A DNA stretch of 62,838 nt, counting the filler, from Chiloscyllium plagiosum (taxonomy: Eukaryota), in the NCBI RefSeq assembly GCF_004010195.1. It is 3 parts of one record of this genome, joined end to end, with 100 filler letters (N's around TTAATTAATTAA, not from the genome) between each part and the next. Parts side by side here need not be neighbours in the genome. Positions count along the whole stretch, not along the records: positions 26,694 to 57,514 come from NC_057710.1; positions 57,615 to 62,838 come from NC_057710.1; 1 more part is not named here. One strand, written 5' to 3'. Made by a program: the position numbers and the translations under genes. The notes beneath the pieces are model-generated. The model was not told the DNA's origin and did not search any database. It saw nothing but the letters and a program-made list of their open reading frames with translations. The stretch's first letter is position 1. Every line of letters starts with the position of its first letter. This document shows, piece after piece, positions 50,089 through 62,291 of this stretch.

Positions 50089-50480
50089 CTACTTTCCATT
50101 TAAATAATAATTTGCCCTTTTATGTTTCTGGCCAAAATGGACAACCTCACACCTGTTGAAGTTAAACTCCATCTGCCAGATTCTGGCCTCAACTCCAAGC
50201 CTATCAATACCCATCCGTAAATTCTTTATCTCCTCATCACAGGCTGCTTTCCCTCTTATTTTAGTATCATCTGCAAATTTTGCTATGTTACACTCTGTGC
50301 CTGCTTGTTGATCATTTATATAGATTATATATAGTTGAATTGCGAGAACTGAATACTGTGACACCCCACCAGTTATAGTTTGCCTTCCAGAGAAAAACCC
50401 ACTTATCCCCATCCTCTGCTTTCTATCAGTCAGCCAATCCTCTGTCCAAGCCAATACTCCCCTTAACACCCTGGGATCTA
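50089..50480 (-). mobile_element. CR1-type RT fragment
   Basis: WTEDWLTDRKQR..IYIND..KFADDTKI..WQMEFN..CEVVHFG. Confidence 0.9.
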
Positions 50481-51419
50481 ACCTTCTGGGTTACTGGACT
50501 ATTGTTCAAAAGAACTATCTGTTTCACTAATGTCCTTTAGGGAAGGAAATCTGCCATTCTTACCTGGTCCGACTTACATCTGATGACAATGTGATTGAAT
50601 TTTAACTGCCTCTGAAATGCCCTAGCTAGTCAGAAATTAAACACTTCGGGTACGCCAGCACCATGCTCATTACACCAGCCCATGATCAAGGGCCATTAGG
50701 AATGAGCTTTGACAGAAATGAGCACAGCTCAAGAATAAATTTTAAAAAGGACAGGTTCATTTGTGTTTTCTTCTTTAATCTCTGTGTCAGCGGTTAAATA
50801 AAAAGAATCTCTGTGAAAAGTTATGTGTATGTTTTCACTCAACGTGGGAGGTGTAGAAGTCATAAATAATTCCTACAAGTTCACTTTAAAATGCAGTAAT
50901 TCCTTAACTTACAAGTTGAACAAGCTGAATGCATAGATTTATTCTGCAATATGATAGTATAACACAAAATAACTTCATTTCAATGAGTAGCAATAGATGG
51001 GGAGGGAGATAGTGAAGTTTTCAAATTATAGATACTGCCCACCATGGACTATTCCACCCTCACTCAGATTGCTGGCAACATATTACCACCAATTTTGAGA
51101 TGACAAATGATGATTGATTTCTTAAAATATTTCAATATCTTATTCAGTTAAAGATTTTGTCAACCTTAGCACCATGTTTGGACATGGTTGAACATGCACT
51201 ACAGGGACAGAGAATTCAATAAGGATACATCAGTCTTGGAAGCTCTTGTGATGGAGTGGCAGTGTCCTTATCTCTGGACCAAAAGGCCCTGGCTCCACTT
51301 TCTCCTGAGGTTTGATAAATCTCTTTGGACAGGATTATTTAACAATATTGAAACTGCCCTTAAAGGAGATGAAAGGCAAATTCATCAGAATTTGAACTTA
51401 AAAGAGTGAAATTTTAAGG

Positions 51420-53230
51420 TTTGCATGAAATCGACTTGCTCTGCCTTGAATATAAAATTAGAGGGAGATTTAGTTGAGGTGTTTCCAAGGATTAAAGAAT
51501 TTGGGAGATAAACTATTTCCTCTAGTGGAAAAGTCCAGAAGAAAGTGTATTGACCTTAAATTTAGAGCAATGTCACTCAGGATGACAGCAGGTCTTTACA
51601 CAAAATGATAGAAATATGCAATGTTCTCCCTAAAAAAAGCTAGTGCTTCCAAGTAAAGCTGTTGGACTATAACCTGGTGTTGTGTGATTTTTAACTCAAA
51701 AATCTAGGTTTCTTGAAAAATTGAAACTGAGATCGACAGATTTTCAGTAGGAAATGTTGTTAATGGCTATGGAACTAAGGAAGGTGAATGGAGTTTAGAT
51801 ATGGATCAGCCATGATTTAATTCATTGGTGGAATGGTTCAAGGGGCTAAATGATCTATTCCTGTGCCCATGATCCAGACCTAGAAATTTTCTGTACATCT
51901 TTAAAAGGCTTTGAGCACTCTGGGAACTTCTGCCAAAGCTAGAAGTCATCCAGAATTAAAAAGATAAAACAGAACAGGACAAATGCAAAGGGTTGTAGGT
52001 GAAGGCACGAGTCTGCAGACAAGTGATTGCTTTCTTTGTCTTTCAATAGAGAGACTGAGGAGCTAGACACTAAAATAAAATGCAGAATGTCAAAGATTTC
52101 TGGATTATAACCTCAGCCATATATAGGTGAATATGAGGCTCAAAGACTGATCTGGGAGAAGTGGGTTCAGGCTCACAGAACACTAGCACCAATAATGGGG
52201 AATGTTGGGGTGGGTGGGATGCTGTTGGGACAATCTACACCTGAAATGTGCTGGGGCCAGCATTTTTGCAAGCTGCATGTCGAGGGAGGTAGAGATGGTT
52301 CAAAACTAAATAATGAGGGCAAGGGATCAAGTTTGGAAAGATTCAATACACCAAAGCATAGAGACAAGGGAAGAGAGAAAACGAGTAAAATGAGAAAAGA
52401 CTGCCAGAGAACATCAGGAAGGAGGTAGAGAGAAAAGAAAAACCTTGCAATACATCATCAATCAGGACTAGATATTTCTGAAGGTATTTTAAAAAAGGGA
52501 ATAAGTAAGTAACGTGAATGTTGTCCTCTAGAGAGTGAGAATAGGAGTTAATTGTAAATAATAAGGAAATGGCAGGTGAAATGAACAAAGTATTTTGTTT
52601 CTGCTTAATGACGGAGGAGACAAAAAAAAATTCCTGTAATATCAGGAGGTAGAAGCGATAAAGGTATTTCACAAATTTACAAGGACCAGAGAAGTGTTAC
52701 TGAGCAAGCTCATGGAACTCTGCAATTTTGGAACGTTAAGGGATGATCTGATCCAAGTCTTGAAGATATTAACAGGAAAGGACAAGGTAGATAAAGATAA
52801 ACTATTATCACTGGTTAGAGATTCTTTCACAAGTCTTTGAGTCCAGATATATTGCATCTTCAGGTCTTAAAATAGGTTGCTAATGTGGCAGGAGATGCAC
52901 TGGTGTCAATTTCTTAAAATCCCATAGATTCAGGGAAGGTTCCATTGAATTGGAAAGTTGCAAATATAACTTCTCTACTCAAGAAGGGTGGGAGGAAGAA
53001 ATAGAAACTCTAGGCCAGTGAATTTGTTGACTGTCTTGGGAAGGTGTTCGAATCGATCATTAAAGAGACTATAGCTGCACACTTAGAATAACAAAGTAAT
53101 ACGGAAGAGCCAACATAATATTATCAAAGGAAAATCATGTTTAACCAATTTATTGGAGCTCTTTGATGGAGTAAAATGTGTTGTGGATAACAGGGAGCTG
53201 TGCTATACTTTGATTTCCAAAAGGTATTTG
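51420..53230 (+). mobile_element. Cluster of old CR1-type fragments with a PLE tail at 51636-51697
   Basis: RGDLVEVF, WKVANIT, KGKSCLTNLLELF and DFQKVF motifs. gctagtgcttcc...gttggactataacctggtgttgtgtgattttt matches the reverse of 56945-57000. Confidence 0.65.
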
Positions 53231-53231
53231 T

Positions 53232-54221
53232 TAAGTGTCAACTTCAATGCCAGAAGTATCTGAAATAAGGTAGGTGAGCTTGCAGCATGGATAGGTACCT
53301 GGGACTTTGATGTTGTGGCCATTTCGGAGATGTGGATAGAGCAGGGTGAGGAATGGATGTTGTAGGTTCCAGGGTTTAGATCTTTCATTAAGAACAGGCA
53401 AGGCGGTAAAAGAGGGGGAGGAGTGGCCTTGTTAGTCAAGGATAGTATAACGGTGGCTGAAAGAACTTTTGATGAGGACTCGTCTACTGAGGGAGTGTGG
53501 GCTGAGGTTAGAAACAGGAAAGGAGAGGTCACATTGCTTGGAGTTTTTTATAGGCCTCCGCTGAGTTCCGTGGAGGTGGAAAAGAGGATTAACAAAATTA
53601 TTCTGGGTAGGAGTGAAAGGAACAGGGTGATCATTATGGGGGACTTTAACTTCCCCAACATTGACTGGAAATGCTATAATTCTAGTATGCTGGATGGATC
53701 AGTTTTTGTCCAATGTGTACAGGAGGGTTTCCTGACACAGAATTTCAAAAGGCCGACAAGCGGGGAGGCCACACTGGATCTGGTGCTTGGAAATGAACCA
53801 GGCCAGATGTTTGTAGGTGAGTACTTTGGAGAGACTGACCATAATTCAGTTACATTTAGTTTAGCGATGGAAAGGGATAGATACATGCCACAGGTCAAGA
53901 GTTGTAGATGGGGCAAGGGCAATTATAATGCGATTAGGCAAGAATTAGGATGCATTGAACGGGGTAGCAAAATGCAGGCGATGTAGACAATAGAAATGTG
54001 GAACTGGTTTAAAGAACAGATATTGCATGTCCTTGATAGGTTTGTCCCTGTCAGGCAGGGAGGAAGTGATAAGGTAATGGAACGGTGGTTTACTACAGAA
54101 ATTGCATCTCTTGTTAAGAAGAAAAAGAAAGAGGCTTATGTGTTGATCAGGTAAGATGGTACAGATGAGGTGATGGAGTGTTACAGATCAGCGAGGAGGG
54201 ATTTAAAGAGAGAGTTAAGAA
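53232..54221 (+). mobile_element. CR1-type LINE endonuclease fragment (same family as 59330-62290)
   Basis: VALLVKDS, GVFYRPP, IIMGDFNFPNIDW, PTSGEATLDLVL, GETDHN. Nearly identical to 60690-61640. Confidence 0.92.
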
Positions 54222-54335
54222 GTTGTCCTGAGAGCCGGGCAGTTTGCTACGAACAATGATCTGTTTGAGGTTTGGCGGTTGTTTAAAGGCAAGTAGTGGA
54301 GGTGTGGGGAAGGTCTTGGTGAGGTGCTCATCTCC
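54222..54335 (-). mobile_element. PLE fragment
   Basis: KTFPTPPLLAFKQPPNLKQIIVRSKLP. Confidence 0.7.
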
Positions 54336-54414
54336 ATTTGGAAGGCATCTTGAAACCTATTGTACATGGGATCACCAGCTTCTGTCGTGACACTACGGAT
54401 TTCTTGTGGCACAC

Positions 54415-55510
54415 CACTGGTCAAAGAGATGCATGGATCCATCTAAGGTGATCCGAAGCACTGCCAGATATCTCAGGGAGTACTGAATCCCAAGCTCCTT
54501 CAGTCTTCTCTTGACACCATCATACGATTTTCGTTTCTGGATCACCGCCACTGAAAAGTCCTGAAAAAACATGATCTTAGACCCCTCGTAAATTAGGGCC
54601 TTTGGATCCTTCCCCTGGAGTCTGGAAACCTCCATGACTCTCTCCTTATCCCGGTAATGGAACCGCACCAGGAAATGACGAGGTCGTTGACCCAAACTCA
54701 ATCTCTGTGCTGCGACCCGGTGAGCCCTCTCTATCTTCAATCCTCTCATGACAGTCTCCAAGTCAAGGAATTTTGGAACTGAAAATGTGTTGCTGGAACA
54801 GCGCAGCAGGTCAGGCAGCATCCAGGGATCCTGTTCCCTGGATGCTGCCTGACCTGCTGCGCTGTTCCAGCAACACATTTTCAGCTCTGATCTCCAGCAT
54901 CTGCAGACCTCACTTTCTCCTCAAGGAATTTTGGAAGCCAATCTTCAACAAATTCCGTAGGCCGCTCACCTTCCTTACCCTCAGGCAGACCGATGATCTG
55001 AATGTTTTTTTCTCCTGCCCCTGTTTTCAAGATCATCCACTTGGTCACGCAGGGCTTGGATCTCTTCCTTGAATGAACTGGCATCAGCTTCCACCACTGT
55101 GACCCTGTGCTCCACCTCATCCATCCTCTTCTCCAGGTCTCCCAGCTGCTGCTCATGCTTCTGCAGCATGAGAGAGACTGGAGCCAGTTTCTCTTCATTC
55201 TGTTTTCCCAACATCTCACGAGATTTCGAGAGCTGGTTCACCAGGTCCTGGAGAGTAATCGGCTCTGAGGCTGCTGCAGGTTGACCTGCAGGCCCGGCCT
55301 CAGATGGTCCTCCTCTCTTTTTAGGCATTTCTGGACAGCTGAAAATACAGGTAAGTCAATTTTTAAATGTTTCTTGGGGCTCCACAATCTTTCCAACGCC
55401 CCAAGAAATCCTGATGACCTGGCTTGGGTGGGTTAAAGGACCGTTCTGCTCCTGCTGCAATGCGAAGCCCTGCAGTGTGATCTTCTCAGATTGCCGCCAT
55501 CTTAGATCCC
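54415..55510 (-). mobile_element. L1-clade LINE 5' half (5'UTR and ORF1), 3'-truncated
   Basis: Starts GGGATCTAAGATGGCGG. ORF1 reads MPKKRGG..coiled coil..DDLENRGRRK/NIQIIGLPEGKEG..IERAHRV..PRHFLVRFH..IMFFQDFS. Confidence 0.9.
54779..54920 (+). mobile_element. 142-bp PLE-derived fold-back insertion with a 16-bp TSD
   Basis: Perfect 50-bp inverted repeat (54779-54828 and 54835-54884) with a 6-nt loop and a 36-nt tail. TSD tcaaggaattttggaa at 54763-54778 and 54921-54936. Confidence 0.95.
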
Positions 55511-55519
55511 TCAAGACTG

Positions 55520-56600
55520 TACCCTCTATACTCTCAAAAGGAAGCCTCCTTTCCACATTCACCTTGTCAAGACTATTCAATATCTACACATTTCAATTAA
55601 GTCATTCCTCACTCTTCTAAACCTCAGTGGAAGCAAGGCCAGCCTGTCCAACCTGTCCTCATTAGAGAACTCGAACTTTCGAGGTCACAATCTTTTGAAT
55701 TCCCTTGAAGGCATTTACATCTTTCCTTACATAAGGAGACAAAAAAACGACACATACTGTTTGAGAAATGGTTTCACCAATGTGGCTCTATGTAACTGAA
55801 GCACAGTATCCTTACTTTTGTGTTCAATTCCTGTCATAATAAAGGAAGCTATCCCATTGGCTTTCTTAATTATGTGCTGTATGTGTATATTCATTGAGTG
55901 ACTCCTCCACCAGAATATCTGAATACTTCTGCACCTCGAATTTGCATCTATTCTCTACTTAAAAATAGATTTTTGTTGTTCTTCCGACCAAAGCCAAGAA
56001 CTTCACATTTTCACATAATACAAAAAATCTTACAGACTTTTGCCCCTTATGTAACCCATCTATATCTGTCTGTAATTTTCTTACGTCTTCTTCACAATGT
56101 ACTTTCCATCTTGTGTTACCTGCAAATTTAGCTACCCTGTCTTCGCTCCCCTCATCTCAACATAACATGAGTTTTGAAAACACACAGCCCAAAAATCATG
56201 AAGCAGACATCCTTCTTTCCACTGCAATGAGGCGATTACATTTATGATGGGAAATTAAACATAAACAAGGAGCTACTTACATGGAATGAAGACAGTGGTT
56301 TTCATTTGATTGAGGAATCCTTTGTCTGTCTTCCATCAGCCCTTCTGCTAATGAACCCCTTTGTTTCAGCAGAACCTTATTCCTCCCTCAGCATTGCTAC
56401 CTGAAGCCAGAGGTCTTGTTACATAAATCATTGATGTGAATTGTGAAAAGTTACAACCCCAGTGAGCCCCTACAATCAGGGATTCACGCATTACATCTTG
56501 CCAGACAGACAAAGACCCATTTATTTCTGTTTCAATCAACTGGTAATTGTCTATCCATGCTGGTATCATTTCTTATATCATGAGTTTTTAATTTCTGCAA
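55520..56600 (-). mobile_element. Old CR1-type remnants
   Basis: Degenerate RT and 3'-end motifs (cctgcaaatttagc, atgtaaagaacc-type segments, CRFVLQ-like decay), patchy throughout. Confidence 0.5.
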
Positions 56601-56611
56601 TAACTTTTGAT

Positions 56612-56942
56612 ATAGAACATAAACAATGCAGCGCAGAACAGGCCCTTCGGCCCTCGATGTTGCGCCAACCTGTGAACTATTCTCAGCTCATCCCCCTACA
56701 CTATCCCAAAATCGTCCATGTGCTTATCTAAGGATTGTTTAAATCTCCCTAATGTGGCTGAGTTGACTACATTAGTAGGTAGGGCTTTCCACACCCTCAC
56801 CACTCTCTGTGTAAAGAACCTGCCTCTGACATCTGTCTTAAATCTATCACCCCTCAATTTGTAGTTATGCCCTCTTGTACAAGCTGACATCATCATCCTT
56901 GGAAAAATACTTTCACTGTCCACCCTATCTAATCCTCTGATA
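56612..56942 (-). mobile_element. CR1-type LINE 3' end
   Basis: TRGHNYKLRGDRFKTDVRGRFFTQRVVRVW and the tail gcgcaacatcgagggccgaagggcc. Confidence 0.9.
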
Positions 56943-56944
56943 AA

Positions 56945-57255
56945 ATTAAAAATCACACAACACTAGGTTATAGTCCAACAGGTTTAATTGGAAGCACACT
57001 AGCTTTCGGAGCGACGCTCCTTCATCAGGTGATTGTGGAGGGCTCGATCGTAACACAGAATTTATAGCAAAAATTTGCAGTGTGATGTAACTGAAATTAT
57101 ACATTGAAGAATTGATTGTCTGTTAAGCCTTTCATCTGTTAGAATACAGTGATAGTTTCACTTCTTTCATGTGTAAATCACAAAACCCTTTTTTTAAAAG
57201 TTGCATTCTCGGGTTAGCTGTTAACAATGGTGATAGCTAGACAATATGTTGAAGG
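56945..57255 (-). mobile_element. PLE terminal region with a hammerhead
   Basis: Same tail as 51636-51697. Contains an intact hammerhead core. Confidence 0.75.
56997..57031 (-). ncRNA. Minimal type I hammerhead ribozyme
   Basis: The minus strand reads CAC-CTGATGA-A-GGAGC-GTC-GCTCC-GAA-AGCT-A-GTG: stem I CAC/GTG, 5-bp stem II, palindromic AGCT and a CUA cleavage triplet. Confidence 0.8.
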
Positions 57256-57279
57256 TAAAAATCACGAGGTAAAAATCAC

Positions 57280-57833
57280 AAGCCAGCGGACAAAGGGGGC
57301 GCAGTGGTAGTCTGGCGCACTGACCTCTACATCGCTGAAGCCAAACGCCAACTCGAGGACACCTCTTCCTACCGCCCCCTTGACCATGACCCCACCCCCA
57401 ACACCAAACCATTATCTCCCAGACCATACAGAACCTCATCACCTCAGGAGATCTCCCACCCACAGCTTCCAACCTCATAGTCCGGGAACCCCGCACTGCC
57501 CGGTTCTACCCCCTNNNNNNNNNNNNNNNNNNNNNNNNNNNNNNNNNNNNNNNNNNNNTTAATTAATTAANNNNNNNNNNNNNNNNNNNNNNNNNNNNNN
57601 NNNNNNNNNNNNNNCCCACTTACCCATTGTACTCTATGCTACTTTCTCCCCACCCCACCCTCCTCTAGCTTATCTCTCCATGCTCCAGGCTCACTGCCTT
57701 TATTCCTGATGAAGGGCTTTTGCCCGAAATGTCGATTTCGAAGCTCCTTGGATGCTGCCTGAACTGCTGTGCTCTTCCAGCACCACTAATCCAGAATCTG
57801 GTTTCTAGCATCTGCAGTCATTGTTTTTACCTC
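57280..57833 (+). mobile_element. PLE RT N-terminal fragment, linker gap, then PLE tail with a hammerhead at 57706-57733
   Basis: KPADKGGAVVVWRTDLYIAEAKRQLEDTSSYRPLDHDPT. After the gap: CTGATGAAGGGCTTTTGCCCGAAATGTC and the ccagc..gcatctgcagt tail. Confidence 0.85.
57515..57614. other. Artificial 100-bp assembly gap with TTAATTAATTAA linker
   Basis: 44 N + linker (57559-57570) + 44 N. Confidence 0.97.
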
Positions 57834-58219
57834 ATTAACTGTTTGGTCACATTATGAACGCATCTTTCTTTGCCATCAAGTGCGGGAATAGAACTTGAAC
57901 CTGGAACTTTGCCTCTGAGGCAGGAACACTAGCCTTTATTTCACAGCATATGCATGTATATAATCCTATGCTTCAGTATTATATTGTCACATTAAAATAT
58001 AAACAAAGAAAAAATACCAAATAAATCAAAGACAGGTATTTTTCACTGGAAATTAGCTATCAGATAAGTGACTAGCAGCAGAATACAGACAGCCATTCTC
58101 ACAAGGCTCTATTTAAATAGTTATTAAGAATGTTCAGGAATCAATTAGAACCTGAAATTGCCTATATATTTGATCAAAATAATGTTTATAAAAAGACAGT
58201 CATTTCCATAATGCTGATG

Positions 58220-59325
58220 TAGGCAGGCCAACAACAAGGGGCGAGGCTACCTTAGATTTGGTACTGGGTAATGAACCCGGCCAGATGTTAGATATGGAGA
58301 TCGGTGAGCACTTTGGTGATCGTGACCACGATTCTTTTATGTATACTTTAGTGATGGAAGGGCATACATACATATTGCAGGGCAGGGGTTATAGCTGGGG
58401 GAAAGGCAATTACAATGCGATTAGACAAGATTTAGGATGCAGAGGACAGGGAAGGAAACTGCAGGAAATCGGCACAATTGAAATGTGGAGCTTATTCAAG
58501 GACCAGCTACTGCAGGTCCTTGATAAATATATACTGGTCAGGCAGGGAGGAAGTTGTCAAGCGCAGGAGCCATGGTGTACTAAGGAAGTTGAATCTGTTG
58601 TCAAGAGGAAGAAGAAGGCTTATGTGAGGACGAGATGTGATGGATCAGTTAGGGTATAAATTTAGACCCCTGGGAGGGGCCTCTCGGTTCTGCGATCGGT
58701 CAAATAAACACTTGCAGCTCAGTCTCTTTTAGCAAGTTTTAACAATTTATTATGATGCCTGGCATAGGTTATCCAGCAATGCAGGGATTAAACACCTCTG
58801 TGTACTCTGGAAAAGCTGCGCACAACCTTAAAACACAGACAACTTTTATCAGTCTCTTAACAAACAAAACAGCCTTAATTGCAAAATTAATCCAATAAAA
58901 TGAAATGATACGACAAATAGACGTAAAACTAAGTTAATGATCTATCTTTGGAACTGACTTGTTTGCATGTTCTTACCTCTTTCTGCACCTGCATCGACAG
59001 AGCCAGCTCGGATACTTTAATAATGTCATACCTTGCTTAGTTAATTCTTGCTAATCTCTTTCAATTAGTTCAGGAATGCAGTTTTCAGCAGAGATAGATG
59101 CCATTGCTCCTGGAAGCCATTTTGTTATGTTATTTTATGTTACTTGCATTAAGAAGCCATTTGTAGTCAGTAAAAGCATGCATTAAATGGTTGCTCCTGA
59201 CAACAGCCTAAATCCAGATTTTAGATCCTCAAGGGTGCTTGATATTTACAAGTTAGCTAGGAAAGACCCAAAGAGAAAGCTAAGAAGATCCCGGAGGGGA
59301 TATGAGAAATCATTGGCGAATAGGA
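58220..59325 (+). mobile_element. CR1-type fragment split by a solo LTR
   Basis: LDLVLGNEPGQ..GEHFGDRDHDS..PWCTKEV. It resumes at 59232 as RVLDIYKLARKDPKRKLRRSRRGYEKSLA. Confidence 0.88.
58655..59231 (-). mobile_element. Solo LTR (577 bp, 4-bp TSD, ERV1-like or Gypsy)
   Basis: Clean insertion into CR1 with aggg at 58651-58654 and 59232-59235. The minus strand starts TG, has a TATA-like GATAAAA at ~58845-58851 and AATAAA at 58746-58751, and ends GGGGTCTAAATTTATA. Confidence 0.75.
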
Positions 59326-59329
59326 TCTT

Positions 59330-62290
59330 CGAGTTGCTGCCATTTCTGTTTTTCAGTGGCAGCAGCAACTAGAAGGGTGGGAGCTTGGACGAGGAGCCTG
59401 CTGGGAGCAGGGAGTCACTGATTTGAGCCTTTATATTTGAAATCAAAGACCAGAGGTTTCAGGGAATGGAGGGAATTCTTTTTATTTCCATCCAGCTATA
59501 TAAGTCAGTGTTTTCTAAATCTGAGACCCTATCTTTGTAGGGCCTCCCACCCAACCTCTCCCTCTAACCTCAAAGACCAGGGACACATCAGGTAAGTGTC
59601 TCTTCTTTTTTACTTTGTGATAAGGGGACTAGCAGGGATGGCAGTGCAGGGAGAGGAGTGTTCCTCCTGCATGATGTTTGAAGTGAGGGACGCCATTACT
59701 ATCCTTTCCAAGTACATTTGCAGGAAGTGCACCCAACTCTCGCTCCTCCAAGACCGTGTTAGGGAACTGGAGTGGGAGCTGGATGAACTTCGGATCATTC
59801 GGGAGGCAGAGGCTGTGATAGATAAGAGTTACAGGGAAGTAGTTACTCCCAGGCATGAAGAAAGCTGAGTGACTATTCGAAGGGGTAAAAAAACAGTCAG
59901 TGGAGGGATCCCCTGTGGTCGTTCCCCTGAAAAACACGTATACTGTTTTGGATACTGTTGGTGGGTGGGGGGCAACTTACCAGGAGTATGCAGTGGGGCC
60001 CAGGTCTCTGGCACAAAGCCTGTCCCTGTTGCACAGAAGGGAAGGAGGGAAAGGATGAGAGTGTTAGTCATTGGGGACTCAATAGTTAGAGGTTCAGATA
60101 GAAGGTTTGTTGGGAACGAACGAGTCTCGCGGTTGGTGTGTTGCCTCCCAGGTGCTACGTTCCGTGATGTCTCGGATTGTATCTTTGGGGTCCTGAAGGG
60201 AGAGGGTGACCAGCCTCAAGTCATGGGTCCATGTAGGTACCAACGACATAGGTAGAAAGAGGGACAGGATGTGAGGCAGGATTTCAGGGAGTGAGGGTTG
60301 AAGCTGAGAGCTAGAACAAAAAGAGTTGTTATCTCTGGTTTGTTACCCGTGCCATGTGATAGCGAGGTAAGGAATAGGGAGAGATACCAGCTGAACATGT
60401 GGCTACAAGTATGGTTCAGGAGAGAGGGTTTCAGGTACTTGGATAATTGGGGCTCATTCTGGGGAAGGTGGGACCTGTACAAACAGGACGGTCTTCACTA
60501 GAACCAGAGGGGTACTAATATCCTGGGTGGAAAATTTGCCGGTGCTATTTGGGTGGGTTTAAACTAGCTCAGCAGGGGGATGGGAACCGAGGTGTAGTTG
60601 CAGTGCACAGGAGGATGAGAGTAGGGAGGACAGGGACAGGATTTCATGGTCACAGGAATGTGCTGGCAGACAGCAAGCTGGTTTGAAGTGCATCTACTTC
60701 AACGCCGCATGTATCTGAAATAAGGTGAGCTTGCAGCATGGATAGTTACCTGGGACTTCGATGTTGTGGCCATTTCGGAGACATGGATAGAGCAGGGTAA
60801 GGAATGGATGTTGCAGGTTCCAGGGTTTAGATCATTCATTAAGAACAGGCAACGCGGTAAAAGAGGGGGAGTTGTGGCCTTGTTAGTGAAGGATTGTATA
60901 AGGGTGGCTGAAAGAACTTTTGACGAGCACTTGTCCACTGAGGAAGTGTGGGCAGAGGTTAGAAACAGGAGAGGAGAGCTCACACTGCTTGGAGTTTTTT
61001 ATAGACTCTGCAGAGTTCCAGGGAGGTGGAAGAGAGGATTGGCAAAATTATTCTGGGTAGGAGTGGGAGGAACAGGGTGTTCATTATGGGCAATTTTAAC
61101 CTCCCCAACATTGACTGGAGATGCTATAACTCTAGTGTCAGGGTTTCCTGACACAGTATGTTGAAGGGCCAACAAGAGGGGAGGCCACACTGGATCTGGT
61201 GCTTGGTAATCAGGCCATGTGTCTGATTTAGTTGTAGGTGAGCACTTTGGAGAGAGTGACCATAATTCAGTTACATTTAGCTTAGCGATGGAAAGGGATA
61301 GGTACATGCCACAGGTCAAGAATTATCGCTGGGGCAAGGGCAATTATAATGCGATTCGGCAAGAACAAGGATGCATAGAATGGGGTAGCAAAATCAGTGG
61401 ATGTAGACAATGGAAATGTGGAGCTGGTTTAAGGAACAAATATTGCGTGTCCTTGATAGGTATGTCCCTGTCAGACAGGGAGAAGTGATAAGGTAAGGGA
61501 ACTGTGGTTTACTACAGAAATTGCATCTCTTGTTAAGAAGAAGAAGGAGGCTTATGTGTTGATGAGGCAAGATGGTTCTGATGAGGGGATGGAGAGCTAC
61601 AGATCAGCTAGGAAGGATTTAAAGAGAGAGTTAAGATGGTCAAAGAGAGGATATGAGCAGTCTTTAGCAAATAGAATAAAGGAGAACCTAAAGCTTTCTA
61701 TAGGTATATGAGGAATAAAAGGATGATTTAGGTAGGAATAGGGCCAGTCAAAGAGACAGAAGTGGGAAGTTCAGTGTGGACCCGTGGAGATCGGAGAGGT
61801 GCTAAACGAATAGTTCTCATCGGTTTTCACTCAGGAAAAGGAGAATATTGAAGAGGAGAGGAATGATGTACGAGATATTAGACTAGAAAGGATCGAGGTT
61901 AGTTACAAACAGGTGTTATCAAGTCTAGAAGGAATGAAAGTAGACAAGTCCCCTGGGATTTATCCAAGGATTTGCTGGGAAGCTAGGGAGAAATTACCAG
62001 AGCCTTTGGCTTTGATGTTTGAATCATCATTGTCTACAGGTTTGGTATCAGAGGACGGAGGATTGCAAATGTCGTGCCCTTGTTCAAGAAGGGCAGTAGA
62101 GATGACCCAGATAATTATAGACCAGTGAGCCTTACTTCTGTTGTAGGACAGGTTTTGGAAAGGATTATAAGAGATAAGATTTATAATCATCCAGCAAGCA
62201 ACAATTTGATTTCAGATAGTCAACATGGTTTCGTCAAGGGCAGTTCATGTCTCACAAACCTCATTGAGTTTTTTTAAAAAGGTGACCTAG
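59330..62290 (+). mobile_element. CR1 LINE 5' three-quarters (ORF1 zinc finger, leucine zipper and SGNH esterase; ORF2 EN and RT start)
   Basis: CSSCMM..YICRKC, LQDRVRELEWELDEL, VLVIGDSIVRG, DGLH, AISETW, NYRPVSLTSVVGQVLE, SQHGFVKGSSCLTNLIEFF. Confidence 0.93.
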
Positions 62291-62291
62291 C

